A stretch of DNA of 64,000 nt from Eledone cirrhosa (Eukaryota): NCBI GenBank assembly GCA_964016885.1, contig OZ024741.1, forward strand, positions 362,886,001 to 362,950,000. Reading direction: 5' to 3'. The notes beneath the pieces were generated by a model. That model was not told the DNA's origin, ran no database searches, and was given only the letters and a program-made list of their open reading frames with translations. Below are positions 1 to 13,381 of the stretch, one piece after another (within the stretch, counting starts at the first letter, position 1; every line of letters starts with the position of its first letter). The translations under genes and the position numbers were made by a program.

Positions 1-305
1 AGACAAGGTCAGCCGACTGAGCACTGCCCACAACAGGACAACCGGTCTAACCCATGCTAGCGTAGAAGAACGGACGTAAAACGGTGATGATGAGGATGAT
101 GCACGTGCATATAGATAGAGACACAGATAACAACATTAGCAGAGAATGTTTTGTAACATTTGCCTCCACCCATTTTTATCTTATATTTGTGTTCCTTGAA
201 TTCTAAATATAAAAAAAATTAGAATATTTTTGATAGATTATAGCATAAAATAGATCTTTATTTCTGCTATTGTCGCTATACCTTTTACTATTAATCTTTA
301 CTCAG

Positions 306-396
306 GTAATGCACCTTATTGGATTAGCCCTTCATGAACAGAAGGCAGCCTATGAAAACAACGAGTCTTTTGATTTTCTTTTGAAAGCCACAAAAG
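306..396 (+). CDS. UBR2: UBR1/UBR2-family E3 ubiquitin ligase, internal exon 1 of 19 in window (gene starts upstream)
   Basis: ag|...|gt; VMHLIGLALHEQKAAYENNESFDFLLKATK, resembles the UBR1/2 'LHLIGxAL' segment; ends phase 1. Confidence 0.85.
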
Positions 397-1090
397 GTAT
401 TTCAAATTCATTTCTGTTTTTCATGATATAGCAAAAAGTGTGAGAGAAAAAGAACTAATTACCTTTATATATTTGCTTAAACTAGATCTAACTTTTCTAA
501 CTTTGTTAATAGTTTTTCTACATCTATTAAGTATTTGTTCACTCTATTCTTCTATATGGTTGCAAGACATATCTAAGGAGTGGGCTGTATTTATGCAAGC
601 TGGAAAGTTTTGATCACTTTTTGCCTTTCCAGAATCTTCCATTTTCATATTGGATTTTGTGCCAAACTCTGAAATTCATCGTCTCGGCCAGATCAATTCA
701 CCCCAACAGCTCCTACTAAAAAGGGACCATTTTTGGTTTGATCTTACATTCCACCAACCACAAGGTGAACTCATCTGCGATGCAGTTGCACCAGAACCCC
801 TCCTGGGATAGCATAAACGCAATGGTGGGCAATTGAAAACCTGGATTGACGTGATCATGTTGGATTTTGAGTTAACATTTGACTTTTGCATATATGGTGT
901 CATGACTAGCTAACAATATCTACATTGGATATCTGTGATCACCATGCAGGAGTGGCTTCTGTTCACAATATTGTGGAACTGGCTCAATTCATCCTTGGTG
1001 AAATCTGACACAAGTACAAGTTATACATTATTACATTGTTTCTGTCTCCTCTAGTTGCAGTTTTACTACATACTTTATTTCTATTTCTAG

Positions 1091-1185
1091 AGGGTCAAAG
1101 TATTCTGAAGTTACTACATAGTGTTGTTGGCAGTGAACATCTTACTCATGAGTATCAGAGTAAGCTCCTCAAATGGGTTCTTAAT
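1091..1185 (+). CDS. UBR2: UBR1/2 exon 2
   Basis: ag/gtaag boundaries; EGQSILKLLHSVVGSEHLTHEYQSKLLKWVLN; phase 1->0 fits neighbours. Confidence 0.85.
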
Positions 1186-2052
1186 GTAAGTATAATGAGC
1201 CTTGTTCTTTCCTTCTAGAATCAATTCTGTATTCTTTTACAAGTTTGTCATTAGACTGCAACCATGTTGGAGCAATGTTGGGGCACCACCTTGAAGAGAT
1301 TTAGTTAATATCGACCCAAGTACTTTTCTTTCAAGTATGGTACTTATTTTATCAATCTCTATTTGTCTGACTAAGTTATGGGGCATAAACAGTAAATGTA
1401 AACATTAACACAAGCAGACACGGGCACGCATATATATATATACATACATTTATATATATGATACAAAGCTGCTGATTTTAAGTTGTTCATATGTATTTAA
1501 ATTAACACCTCTTGTATCAAATTTAGAATAGATACACCTTATTGTAAAAGGCGATTAAAATGGTTGACCCCCATTATTTATTATTTTTAAAATTAATTGA
1601 AATACACAGCAAGTGTATTTCGTTAGTAAAATAGTCATGAAAGGTTTAAAAACTTTGGAAGGTAAATAGATTTTCACTGCTTGCATATTTGTCTTATTGT
1701 TAGGCAAACAAAAACTTTTGGGGGTTCAGTCCCACAGCGTGGCAGTTTAGGAAAGTGTCTTCTGCTATAGCCTTGGGTTGATCAATGAGTTGTGTGTGGA
1801 ATTTGGTAAATGGAAACTGAAAAAGCTTGCATGTTTGTGTTCCATAACATTGTGGTTTGATAAAATAAGTATAAAACTGGGGAGGGGGATATTAGGATCA
1901 ATATGATTGACTAAATCCCTTTAAAGTGGTGCCCCAGCATGACTGCTGTGTAATGAATGAAACTTGTAAAAGAATAAAAGAATCACATATGCTTCTATTC
2001 CAACCACTTGTGAGTTGTAGACTGATGGTTTAATGTATTCATTGTCTTACAG

Positions 2053-2300
2053 AAATTTTCTGCTGTGAGGAAAATGGAGAATGGATTTGAAAATATTTCT
2101 AGTGTTAACAATTTGAGCAGTACTTTTGATGTTAAAAGAGAACAGGAGAAGAAGAAGAAGGCTGAGTTGGCTGCTAAACGACGGCAGCGAATTATGTCCC
2201 AGCTGTCTGCAATGCAACGAAGCTTTATTCAAGACAATCCTACTCTCTGTGAAATGGCAACCTCTGACCTCACCCCAGCTTGGTCAGATATGGATCTGAG
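2053..2300 (+). CDS. UBR2: UBR1/2 exon 3 (basic-rich region)
   Basis: KKKKAELAAKRRQRIMSQLSAMQRSFI is the basic-rich region preceding the UBR RING; phase 0->2. Confidence 0.92.
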
Positions 2301-3504
2301 GTTTGATTCAGTTATTATTTTCTACATTTATAGGTAGCAAATTATATGCCTTTGTATTTGTCCTGATTCTTTGCACTTTGAGTTCAAATCCTCCCAAAGT
2401 CAACTTTGCTTTTTTGAGGGTCAATAGATCAAATAGTAGTCCAGCTGGGCTACACAATCACTTTAGTGTAGACTGGATGTTCTGTGGTAGCAACATAACT
2501 TTACAGAGAAAGGGTGGTGTAGGTGGGAGTGGATGCTCTGCAGTCTCTAATCTAAACTAGTCCTTTTAAATAGGACAGATGATCATCAAGTTGACTCCTA
2601 TGACACACTATGTAAGACTTGCAACACCACTATACAGATATATATTGGAAGATTATTTTCTGAATTAATAACACAGAAGGCCCGCCTTCCCTTACGTACA
2701 AAGTTAAACCTACAGTCAATAGGCAACTCTTAACCAAATATACACTCCATCCTCCTACTCCTACCCACATCACCCTTTCTCTGTAAAGTTATGTTGGTAC
2801 CACAGAACATCCAGTCCACACTAAAGTGATCATGTAGGTATCACGATAAAAAGCACCCAGTCCACGCTGTAAAGTGGTCGTGTAGGAGACACGGTAAAAA
2901 AGCTCCCAGTCCACAATATAAATGTGGTTGGTGTTAGGAAGGGCATCCAGCTGTAGAAAACCTGCCAGATACAGTCCTATACGAGTGAGACACAGTCACC
3001 CGATCAATCTTGCCTCAAGTGGGACACTTCCCATCTAACCCATGCTAGTGTGGAAGATAGACGTTAAACAATGATGATGAAGGATATCATCATCATCCAT
3101 CGTTATTTTACATACGTTCCAGTTTTGACATGGTTTCTATAGTTGAATGCCATTCATCATCATTTAATGTCCATCTTCCCTGTTAGCAAGAGTTGGACAG
3201 GTCTTCACAGACAAAGTCACTACCTAACAGAGCTATTGACCTCTCAGCACTAAGGAGGTTATCATGTTCTTGATACAACTGAAGAGTTGATAAACTGTTG
3301 TAATTGACATTAACAATATTAATGAAACACTTGATTTCCAATCATGCAAACATGGAATATATGTGTAGCCAATTTGGTAGGAACCAGTAAAAGAATATGC
3401 CACCCAAAGTAGTTTAATGTTCTATAAGATTATGTATATTCACTTTTATTACTGTAATATGTTGTTTAACTTCATTAACTGATATTTTAATTTTATTCTT
3501 CTAG

Positions 3505-3660
3505 TGAAATTTCAAGTACTCCTTTCCCTGTTGCATTGGGTTGTGGACAGACTAGCACCAGCTACATTATACCCACTAAAGCTGTGTGTATTCTGTGTCA
3601 GGAAGACCAAGAGATTTCATCCAATGCTCGTGTAATGGTTCTTTCAGCCCTTGTACAAAG
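3505..3660 (+). CDS. UBR2: UBR1/2 exon 4 (RING-H2 start), GC donor
   Basis: CILCQEDQE...MVLSALVQ; donor AG|gcaagt required to keep frame with the next exon. Confidence 0.92.
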
Positions 3661-6405
3661 GCAAGTATACATCTGTGCTAAATGTTTAAATATAAATATC
3701 TCAACTCTTTTGATATCGAACCATCTGAAATTGCTCGGGGATCTATGATATTAAGCTCTTTATATTTATTTAAACACCTGCCATAATAATTTTATGAAAG
3801 AAACTTTAAGCTATGCTCTAGACACCAGCTTAGTTTTTGATTATTTTCATTATGATTTAAAAATTATAAGCACTTGTGGGTCATTGGCTAGCGTACTAGA
3901 CTAGGAAACTGGTGGTTACGTGTTCGATTCCTGTCAACCTCAACTAGCTTGCAAGCAGGGAAAAAGCAGACGTAAAATGAAATGATGATGATGAGGCAGT
4001 GTCTTTCATTCGAAATATGGTAACTTCATAAACTGAAAATATTTCTGAATTAATTGATATAAGAATTATCTTTTGAAGATGAAGCTGTACAGTTAAAATA
4101 GTGTCATATAATTGTTTCTACTTTTTGGCACAAAGCCAGCAATTACCCAGTGCATTACTGGTACTTTATTTTATCGACCCCGTAAGGATGAAAGGCAAAG
4201 TTAACCTCGGCGGGATTTGAACTCAGAATGGCAAATCTAATTTGTGCAAGTGGAATTGCAAATAGTTTGTAGTGTAATCAGTAAGACAACCGCCTGGCAC
4301 ATGATATGTTACATGGGTTAAAAGTTTTGTCAGTGAACCTGTTTTTCTTTTCTATCTTGGTACTTATAATGTCTGAAAACTGTTATTAGTTTACACAGTT
4401 TGTAATTCTTACATTGAAAAGGCTTTTAAAAAATGTTCAGTCACATGTGTGACCATGTGGTTTTGGATTCCCTTTTGCTATGTAGTACATTGAGCAAGTG
4501 TCTTTTACAGTAGCCTTGGGTTGACTAAAGCTTTGTGAATGGAATTTAGTTGACAGAAACTGGATGCAAAAGCCCATTGTGTATGTATGTGTGTGCATTT
4601 GTCTGTGTTTATGTTTTATGTTTGTGCTTATGTCTGGTAACTTAGTGGTTCAACAAAAAAAATCAATAAAATAAGTATCAGACTTGAAAAAACTAAATAC
4701 AGAGGTTGATATGATCAACTAAAGGAAGTGACCCAGCATAGCTGCTGTCTAATGACTGAAACCAGTAAAATAGTATAAAAAGAATTATTTAGAAAATATT
4801 ACATAGAACAACTGTATGTTTTGTCTTATAACATATATGATGAAAACACTGATTTAAACTGTTGGGATTAGTGCTTTTAGATAAATCAACACTTAATACA
4901 GGAGTTCCTAACTTTTTTTTTTACCCTTTTACCCCAACACAACTTTTCGAATGTAAATTTAACTGCCACCGTTTTGTTCACTAATTTGAATTTACCTCTA
5001 CCATAATACAGCAACTGAAAAAGGGGATATTTTAAAATATTGTTTCTAACACTATTATTTTATGTCCAAATAATAATGATAGCTCAAAACAACATTATTT
5101 CATCTACTTATGAACAACTAATGTTGATCAGATACTGGTACTAGGATCATTGTAAATAGTAATTAAGAAGTATAAAATACAGATTAACTCTTTTAGTACC
5201 AGCCCAGCCAAAACTGGCTCTAGCTCTATGGAACAAAACCACCCATTCAAAAGGGTTTCTATTTATATAAGAACTATATGTTGAGATAGTATCTATGTAA
5301 TGGAATAATTAATGATTTTAGTAAATACCACAAAATTCTTCATTAATTAATAGTGTATTTCATTAAAAATACAAAAGAAAACTAATTAGTATTTGAATTA
5401 ACAAAGCAGACTTACTTCAAATTTTAATTATAATTGAAAAAATATGTACACATCTGGAATCAGCAAATTTACCCACTTGTAGGTAAATTTACCTCAGGTT
5501 GCGAACCTCTGATTCTATACACTTGACCTTTCTGGTCAGCCAAGATACTCATTAGTTCAGATAAAATTTCTTTACATCAAATAATTAAGAATCACTTTAA
5601 AAGTAATTGTGGAACTTTAAAATCCTTGTATTGACCAGACAATCAGATGTCTTCATATATTGCAGGTGACAATATGCTTTTATTCATCCTTGGTTGTACC
5701 CTTCTCTTCTATTTTGACCTGAATCCTTAGCAGCCTAGAGGTACCCAAGATTTTAAGCACACGGCCAACAATTTTGGGCAAGGGGAAAATCAAAGATTTC
5801 TACCCCAGCACTCAATTTCTACTCTACTTTCAGCAGGATGTAAAGCAAAGCTGACCTCATTTGGATTTGAACTCAAAACATAAAGAGCTGGAGCATATAC
5901 ATCTTGCCTGATAACTCAACGATTTCATCAATCCACCACCGTCTGGTCACTTGGATTTTACTCTGCTGCCGTAGCGTGGTTCAATTGACTCACAGATGTG
6001 GTTAATCATTTCATTATCATATTTGGCATTAGGAAATGCATCCAGCTGTAGAAACCAAGCCCAAAACAGTTCTGTGTGAGCAAGACACGGTCACCTGACC
6101 TGACTTGTCTCAAATGGGACACCTCATCTAACACATGCTAGCATGGCAAAATGGATGTTAAACGGTGCTGATGCTGATGATTTCTGTATTTCAATTAACT
6201 AATGAAGAATTTTGAGAGATTTACTAAAATTATTATTACATTAAAATGTAGTAAAATTATATTGGAAGGTTTTAATTTAGATGAGTGATTTTGTTTCATA
6301 GAACAAGAACCACTTTTGGCTTGGTGGGTAATAAAAGGGTTAATGTTTTTGAAATTTTTATGTTGTAAATTTTTGTTTATATTGTTAAAATTTTCTAAAT
6401 TTCAG

Positions 6406-6543
6406 GTCTTCTGTCTTATCTCAGTCAAGAGGCAAACATATAAACAACGAAGATGAAGATCCCTTATTTATGTCTTCAGACCTTTTTTGTGGAACTCACA
6501 CCAGCTCCTGTGGTCATGTGATGCATGCTGACTGTTGGCAAAG
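6406..6543 (+). CDS. UBR2: UBR1/2 exon 5 (RING-H2)
   Basis: (R)SSVLSQSRG...[28 protein letters not shown]; phase 2->2. Confidence 0.95.
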
Positions 6544-7494
6544 GTTATTTATTTATAAAATCTTCAATTATTTCTATATATTTTATATTTGTATATTTTA
6601 TATATGATCAATTTGGTAGTCATAAGGGCGTTGGATATTTGTTCCAGATTTTTACATTTTGAATTCAAATCCTGCTGAGGTCTACTTTGCCTTTCATCCT
6701 TTCAGGATTGATAAAGAAAGAACCAGCCCAGTTCTGAGAGGGAGGAGTGTCGAGAAGGTATCTGTGACTACTCATGATTCTGTGGACACCTAAAACCCTT
6801 AACGAAAGCATGGTACATACTACCAAGTCATATTTGATTGCGAGTAACAGCTGTAGTTTTTTTGTAATTGTAGTAGATGTGTATGTGGTAAATTCTATTT
6901 AATCCGATAATGCTATAATGTTTAACATTATAGCATTGATTCCTTTCATACCATCTCATCACATCTTTGAAGTATTCTTCTATTATGCAGATATATCCTC
7001 TACATTTGTGGGTTTAATTCCAATTAGAAGCATTAAGTACCTCATTTTCTATATACCTTGTAAAAAGAGTTGGATTAGCTTTGCAGCATTTACTTATGAC
7101 CTTTTATGTTCTGAGTTCAAATCACACCAAAGTCAACTTTGTCTTTCATCTTTCTAGGGACAGTAAAATAAAGTGCCAGTCAGGTACTATATTCGACTCT
7201 CTCTTCTAAATTGCTGGCCTTGTGTCTAAATTAAACATCATTATTATATCCTTCTTTTGATAGTTATTTTGATGGTGAATGCATGTAGCCTAATGGTTAT
7301 GATGTTTGACTCATGATCATATGGTTGTGGGCTTGATTCTTGGATCAGGTGGTGTGTTGTTTTTGCATTATTTTTTATGCTAGGACTGGGATCCTTGTCA
7401 TTATAACACTCAAGAAACCCTCTATGAGATGCAACCTCATAAGAGACCAATTAAACCTACAAGCTGTAAATATTTTTCTTTTTTTCTCATCCAG

Positions 7495-7674
7495 ATATTT
7501 TGATGCCATCGCAGCAAAAGAACGTCGCAGACCTTTTAGGTACAGAAATACTTGTAGTTACAACATTGAAAAGTTGGAATTTTTGTGTCCCCTTTGTGGG
7601 GCAATTAGCAATACTGTGATCCCTATGTTACCTCCTTTGAGCACATTAAGGACAGTTGCTACAGGATGTGACAT
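7495..7674 (+). CDS. UBR2: UBR1/2 exon 6 (RING-H2 end)
   Basis: YFDAIAAKERRR...EFLCPLCGAISNTVIP; ag/gtaagt. Confidence 0.95.
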
Positions 7675-7784
7675 GTAAGTTAACACTTAATGATTTGCTG
7701 TTTTGTTGTCATTTTTTTGTCTTTACTGCTTTTTTTAATATTAGTACTGGTATCACAATACAATGCACCCAATATACTTTAAAT

Positions 7785-8516
7785 CAGAGGTTCTCAAACT
7801 TTTTGGGCCCCTGCCCAACTCACGGCCACATAATACCCTCAGTGCCCCCACCCCTATTTCCAGAGACCTGTCTACACGTAAATTGTAAATGATATATAAT
7901 AAATAAAATTGTTAATTTATAAATAATATAATATATACTATGTATAAATAAATATATATTTATTATTTTACTATATTTATATATATCATCATCATCATCG
8001 TCATCATCATTTTACGTCCGCTTTTCCCTGCCTGCAAGGGTTGGACGGGTCCTATTCAGCACAGCATCTCTCCACTTGTCACGGTCCTTCGTCATCTCCT
8101 CGGTGAGTTTCAGCGATCTGAGGTCTGCTCTCACCACCTCCGCCCATGTTTTTCATGGTCTACCTCTACTGCGTCTTCCTTCTACTGGGATTTCTTGGCA
8201 CTTTTTTACCCAACGGTCATCCTCCATGCACATCACATGTCCATACCATCTCAGCCTTCTCTCCTGCACACCACAAATTATCCCTCTTATACCCAGTTTC
8301 TTTCTCAACGCGTCTATGCTTGGTCGTTCACGCACATTGACATTGCACATCCAACGGAACATACTTGCTTCATTTCTCTCCAGCCATCGCATATCCTCTG
8401 CATATAATATGTATCATTTGATATTTAATATACTATTATATCATCTCTATACCCCCCCCCCCCCGGACCATCACAATGCTTGCCAGGGGCGATAGTACCA
8501 ACTTTAAGAACATCTG
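7785..8516. mobile_element. hAT (Charlie-like) MITE interrupted by RTE fragment
   Basis: TIR CAGAGGTTCTCAAACT / CAGATGTTCTTAAAGT; 8-bp TSD ctttaaat / ctttaagt. Confidence 0.65.
7985..8402 (-). mobile_element. RTE LINE 3' fragment nested in a hAT-like MITE
   Basis: RNEASMFRWMC...RLRWYGHV...RGRP, (GAT)n tail. Confidence 0.88.
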
Positions 8517-10666
8517 CTTTAAGTGGTTGGTATTTATGAAGGACATCAGTCACATTACAGACACAACAATCTCTCTAGTGCTGACACAGTTCCCATGACC
8601 TTTTTTAAGCCTCTGATATTGGTAGGGAGGAAGGAGGAAGATATCCTCAAACTAAAGAACTGACTTAAATGTTTGCAACAGAGTGGACTCTGCTAAAGTT
8701 ACCCAAGGACCTGGTGGTGGTGTTAAACTGGGAGATAGATTTTTATCTATTTTGAAATCACTACCTGGTTTTGTGTCTCTGTCTGAAAGAGTGACCAATT
8801 GTGTGGTGTAATTTAAACTTTTGATTCAACACAAATGAATTAAATATAACAATTTTTTTAGTGAGCTGGGCAACCCCTATATAGCTTCTTCACCTGCTAG
8901 AAATACCAACCAAATACCCCTTAAATTATACTTTTGTGTTTAAAAAAGGGCACATTATGTCGTGTATTCGTAGATAACACTTATATTTAAAACATGGGAT
9001 GGTCATGGTTAAACAACAACAAAAAATTTATTTTAAAAATATCTCTTCATTGGTAAAAGAAAAATATTTGTATGTTTTATCTAATAATGAGGGGTTTTAC
9101 AAAAGATAAGTTGTCTGTCAATAATATCTGTGTGTGTGTGGTTGTCATTGTCTCCTCCTCTTCCTAAACTGGAACCACTTGACTGACTTTGGGAGAAGCA
9201 ATTATCTGGGTGATCTACTGACCTACAAATTACATTATATATATCACAATACATAATAATAAAGAAAATTATTATTATTATTGTGTACAATACTCAGGTG
9301 GACTGATAAAAGACACCCAGTACAACCTGTAAAATGGTAGTGGTTGTGCCATGATAAAATGTGCCCAATGCACTCTGTAAAAGAAGGGCATGCAGCTGTA
9401 GAAATCATGCCCAAATGGAATATATAAGCAAGATGTAGTCATCTAACCTGCCATAGACTCATAAAGTGACAAATCTTCCAACTCATGCCAGCATGGAAAA
9501 CAGATGTATAACAGTGGTTATGGTGATAATTATGGAAGTATGAAACACCATTTTGGAAATTGTTACAAAAATGTTGTCAAATTTATTCGGGATAAACTAA
9601 AGTTGTAAGAGTGAAAATATTATTGCTAGTGGTAATTTTTTTCACTCTTATATCATTTTCCTAATTTAACTCTTGATACCAAACTGCATAAAATTGCTCA
9701 TTATTTTATGATACGAAATTGTTTAGTATAAAGCGTTTCTATTTATCTCAAATCTTCCCATCATAATTTTATGCAAGAACTCTTAAGCTATGTTCCATAC
9801 ACCAAATTAATAATGAGGAAGTTATATTTCTAAATCCCTCCAAATTCTTGATTATTTTCAAAATGATTTGAAGATTATAAGCACTGTCTTTCATTAACCT
9901 ATATTTCTAATGAAAGACACTACTTATAATTTTCAAATAATAATGAAAATAATGAAGAATTTGGAAGGATTTAGTAATATAACTTTCTCTTTATCAATCT
10001 AGTGTAAGGAGCATAAAGGTTCTTATATAAAATTATGATGGAAGGTTTTTAGGTAAATACAAAACACTTTAAAACCTAGTTTGTATCATAAAATCAGGAG
10101 CAGTTTCAAGCATGTTGAAAATTTACTAACAAAGGGGTTAAATATTTTTCTTTACTTGTTAACCCTTTTGATACAAAACCATCTGAAATTGGCCATAGCT
10201 CTATTGCACAAAACTGTTTATTTTAATATGTTTATATTTATCTAAAACTTCTCCATCATAATACTATGCATTAACCTTTAACCCTTTAGCATTTACATTA
10301 CTCTATATTTACTATTATATTTTTACGGTAAAGGCTTTACCTCACATAATATCGAATCTATGAGATTTTGATATTATTTATTTTGAGAATAATACCTTAA
10401 CATCAGTATGAATGATCGATTACAGCCGGTTTGAACAGAAATAGGAGAAAGAGTTCTGGTCGGGTGTGGTTTAAATGCTAAAGTGTTGTTATATTCCAAG
10501 GAACCAGCTTGATAAGTTTGGTTATTTTCAAAATTATTAAAAAAATTATAGGCAATGCCTCATTAGAAATATAGTAAAAAAAAAAAAAAATGGTTAATTT
10601 TTACTGTTTGTCTTTTTGTTGATTACGATCTGTAAATTGATATCTTGGCTTCCATATGTATTTCAG

Positions 10667-10770
10667 TGACCAACAAAAGGCAGTAGATCTCAGCTTCAAT
10701 GATTGGTTAGATGGCATTCAGAAAACTGTACAAGCCAGTGTTAAAGCTGCTGTCGATAAAGAGACTGAAG
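10667..10770 (+). CDS. UBR2: UBR1/2 exon 7
   Basis: DQQKAVDLSFNDWLDGIQKTVQASVKAAVDKETE; phase 2->1 fits both neighbours. Confidence 0.8.
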
Positions 10771-11924
10771 GTTGTAACATTTTGTTCTCGTTTTGCTTTT
10801 TTTTTTTTCTTATTTGTTTTTATTGATTCAATGAGGTGAAATGGCAGAGTTGTTACGGTTCTTTGTGTTCTTCAGTAAGGTCAAATTTGCCTGTCATCCT
10901 TTTGGATTGTGGCATTGACGAAATTTGATGAAGAGTTGAGAGGGTGCTTTGCAGTGTCTGATCTGGCTCTGAGCATTTTGGATTCCCATTCAACCTCCTC
11001 CTGCAAAGAGTTGTAACAGAAATATCAGCAATGGAAAGATCGATGGAAACGTAGTTTCCATGGTCCGAACTTTTCCTTTTTTTATTTTGCAGCTCTGAAA
11101 TTCATATTTTAATATATATTTATATTTATTTATATTATATTATATATATATTTATTTGCCCTTCCATTTGACTGAAGTAAGTTTGTCTCACAACTAATAT
11201 TTTATTTATTAGAGATTTAGCCATGTCAGAGAAAAGCAATCTCTAGTATCAGTGCCATCATAAACTGTACCCAATCCAATGGAGACACTGTAGGGTAAAG
11301 AAGAGTCTTGTTGAGGGCTTGACAACATCTGTAGTGCTGGAAGCTCAATAAATTGCACCCAGTTCACTCTGTAAAGTGGTTCACAATCAAATGGAGACTG
11401 TAGGGTAGAGAAAACACTTTAGTCATGTCAAGGACATGTTAGCCTCTGTAGTGATAAAATGCACCCACTTCATTTTGTAAAGTGGTTGGTGTCTGGAAGG
11501 CTCCCAGCTTAGAAACTATACTAAAATGGAACATGTCTGAATGAGATGCTGTCTCCTAACTTGTCTCAGAGGACGGTAACTCCAATTAAGTGTTGACTTA
11601 GTCTGTAATGACAGCATGGCAAGGTGAATGTAAAATAATGATGGTGATGAAACTGATACCAATCATTATGCCAAAAATCTAATCTTAATGTTTTCAATAT
11701 ATTTCTTTTTAGATGGCAGCTAGAAGAATCAATTTAAGTTATATTCCAAACACCAGCTTATTAATGAGAAAGTTAGTTATATTACTAAATACTTCAAAAG
11801 TCTTGATTATTTTCAAAATTATTTGAAAATCATAGGCAGTGTCTTTTATTAGAAATATGGTACTAAAAGCTTTAAACATTGATATTTAGTTGTTTTTTAT
11901 CATGAACTTTACTTTACATTGTAG

Positions 11925-12036
11925 ATGAGAGCTTACTGTTTCAACCCTGTCCTATTTCTACAATAACAAAATTAATGGCTGAAAGTGTTGCCAAAAACTT
12001 CACTCTGTTATGGAATTATGTCTATGATGACAACAG
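11925..12036 (+). CDS. UBR2: UBR1/2 exon 8
   Basis: DESLLFQPCPISTITKLMAESVAKNFTLLWNYVYDDN; ag/gtaagg; phase 1->2. Confidence 0.8.
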
Positions 12037-13320
12037 GTAAGGATTTCTTAAGGTATTCTATTTTAGCTACATACATTGCACTTTACAATGTTTTCACATT
12101 CATTTTTTTTCTTTTATTCTTTTATTGGTCACAGTCATTAGACTGCAACCATGCTGGAGCACCACTTAGAAAGTATTTGGTCCATCATGTTGACCGCTGT
12201 GCATATATTTTCAAGTTTGGTACTTAATCGATCTCTTTTTCTTGAACCACTAGGTTATGGGACATAAACACACATGCACACATACATGGTGGGCTTCTGC
12301 TATTTACATCTACCAACTGTCACACACAAAACATTTGTCCACCAGGGGAACTGAGCCTGAAACCACATGGTTATGAAGCAAACACCTTAACTGCACAGCC
12401 ATGCTTTTGCTTATATAAGTTATTTTAACTATTTAATAATAATATTAAAACTGGGTTTGTGATAGAAATAGTTTGGCACTGGAGTAAATGACTTATAGGA
12501 CCCTTCAGTCATGTCAAAGGACATAACAACCTCTCTAATGCTGCTGGCATTATAACTGGCACCCTGTACACTCTGTAAAGTGGTTGGTGTTAGGAAGATT
12601 ATTTCACTGTAAAAACCATGTCAAACAAAGCGTTGAGAGGAATTTTCAGTTTTCTCGAGGACATGACAACACCTAGTGCTGATGTCATGTAAAGTGGTTG
12701 GTGTTAGGAAGTGTAAGCAAGATGTACTACAGCCCATCTAGGAGGGCTTTAGCTTCCATTAATCACTGACTTGGTCTGTAACAAATTGTCCAACCCATGC
12801 CAGCATGGAAAAAAGGCAATTAAATGAGGATGAGGGTTTAATATTTCAAATCCTACCAGAATCAATGAAAAAAGAACCAGAAATATGCTGTGGTCAATTC
12901 AATTCTATATCTATCTATAAGGTAAATTGGTAGAGTTGTTAGAGCACCATATTAAATGCCTGAGTATTTGTTCTGGTTTTCTGTGCTCTGTATTTCAATC
13001 TAGCAGAGATCAATTTTGCTTTTCATCCTTCTAGGGTCGAAAAAATAAAGTAATAGTCCAGAACAGGTAGATTGACAGAATTATTTCTTTAGTCAGATAA
13101 AAAGCTTTTTTTGGTATCTGATCTGGTTATGTGCATTCTGAGTTCAAATCCTACCTCCTTCTGCTAATAATACTATCTGCTAGCAGTAGATAGTATTAGC
13201 AATGAAAAAACAGTTTCCTTGGTCAGATCTTTTAGCCCCCCCCCCCATAAAAATTAACTCTGTACATCAAATTTCACTAATGTTTTACTAAATACAAGTA
13301 ACATATTTTATATTTTATAG

Positions 13321-13381
13321 TGGCCACTTTTCAGATAGCATGAGAGAAATGATGAAAAAGTTTGCTACAGATGTATATACT
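13321..13381 (+). CDS. UBR2: UBR1/2 exon 9
   Basis: GHFSDSMREMMKKFATDVYT; ag/gtaagt; phase 2->0. Confidence 0.85.

Noticed and set aside
3875-3995. tRNA gene (also heads at ~19956 and ~45150-45215)
   Set aside because: A/B-box-like motifs without a complete cloverleaf, fused to repeat cores or RTE-like tails: SINE heads.
13162-13201. Small imperfect palindrome GCTAATAATACTATCTGCTAGCAGTAGATAGTATTAGC
   Set aside because: Short, AT-rich, at the break of a SINE fragment; likely repair scar.
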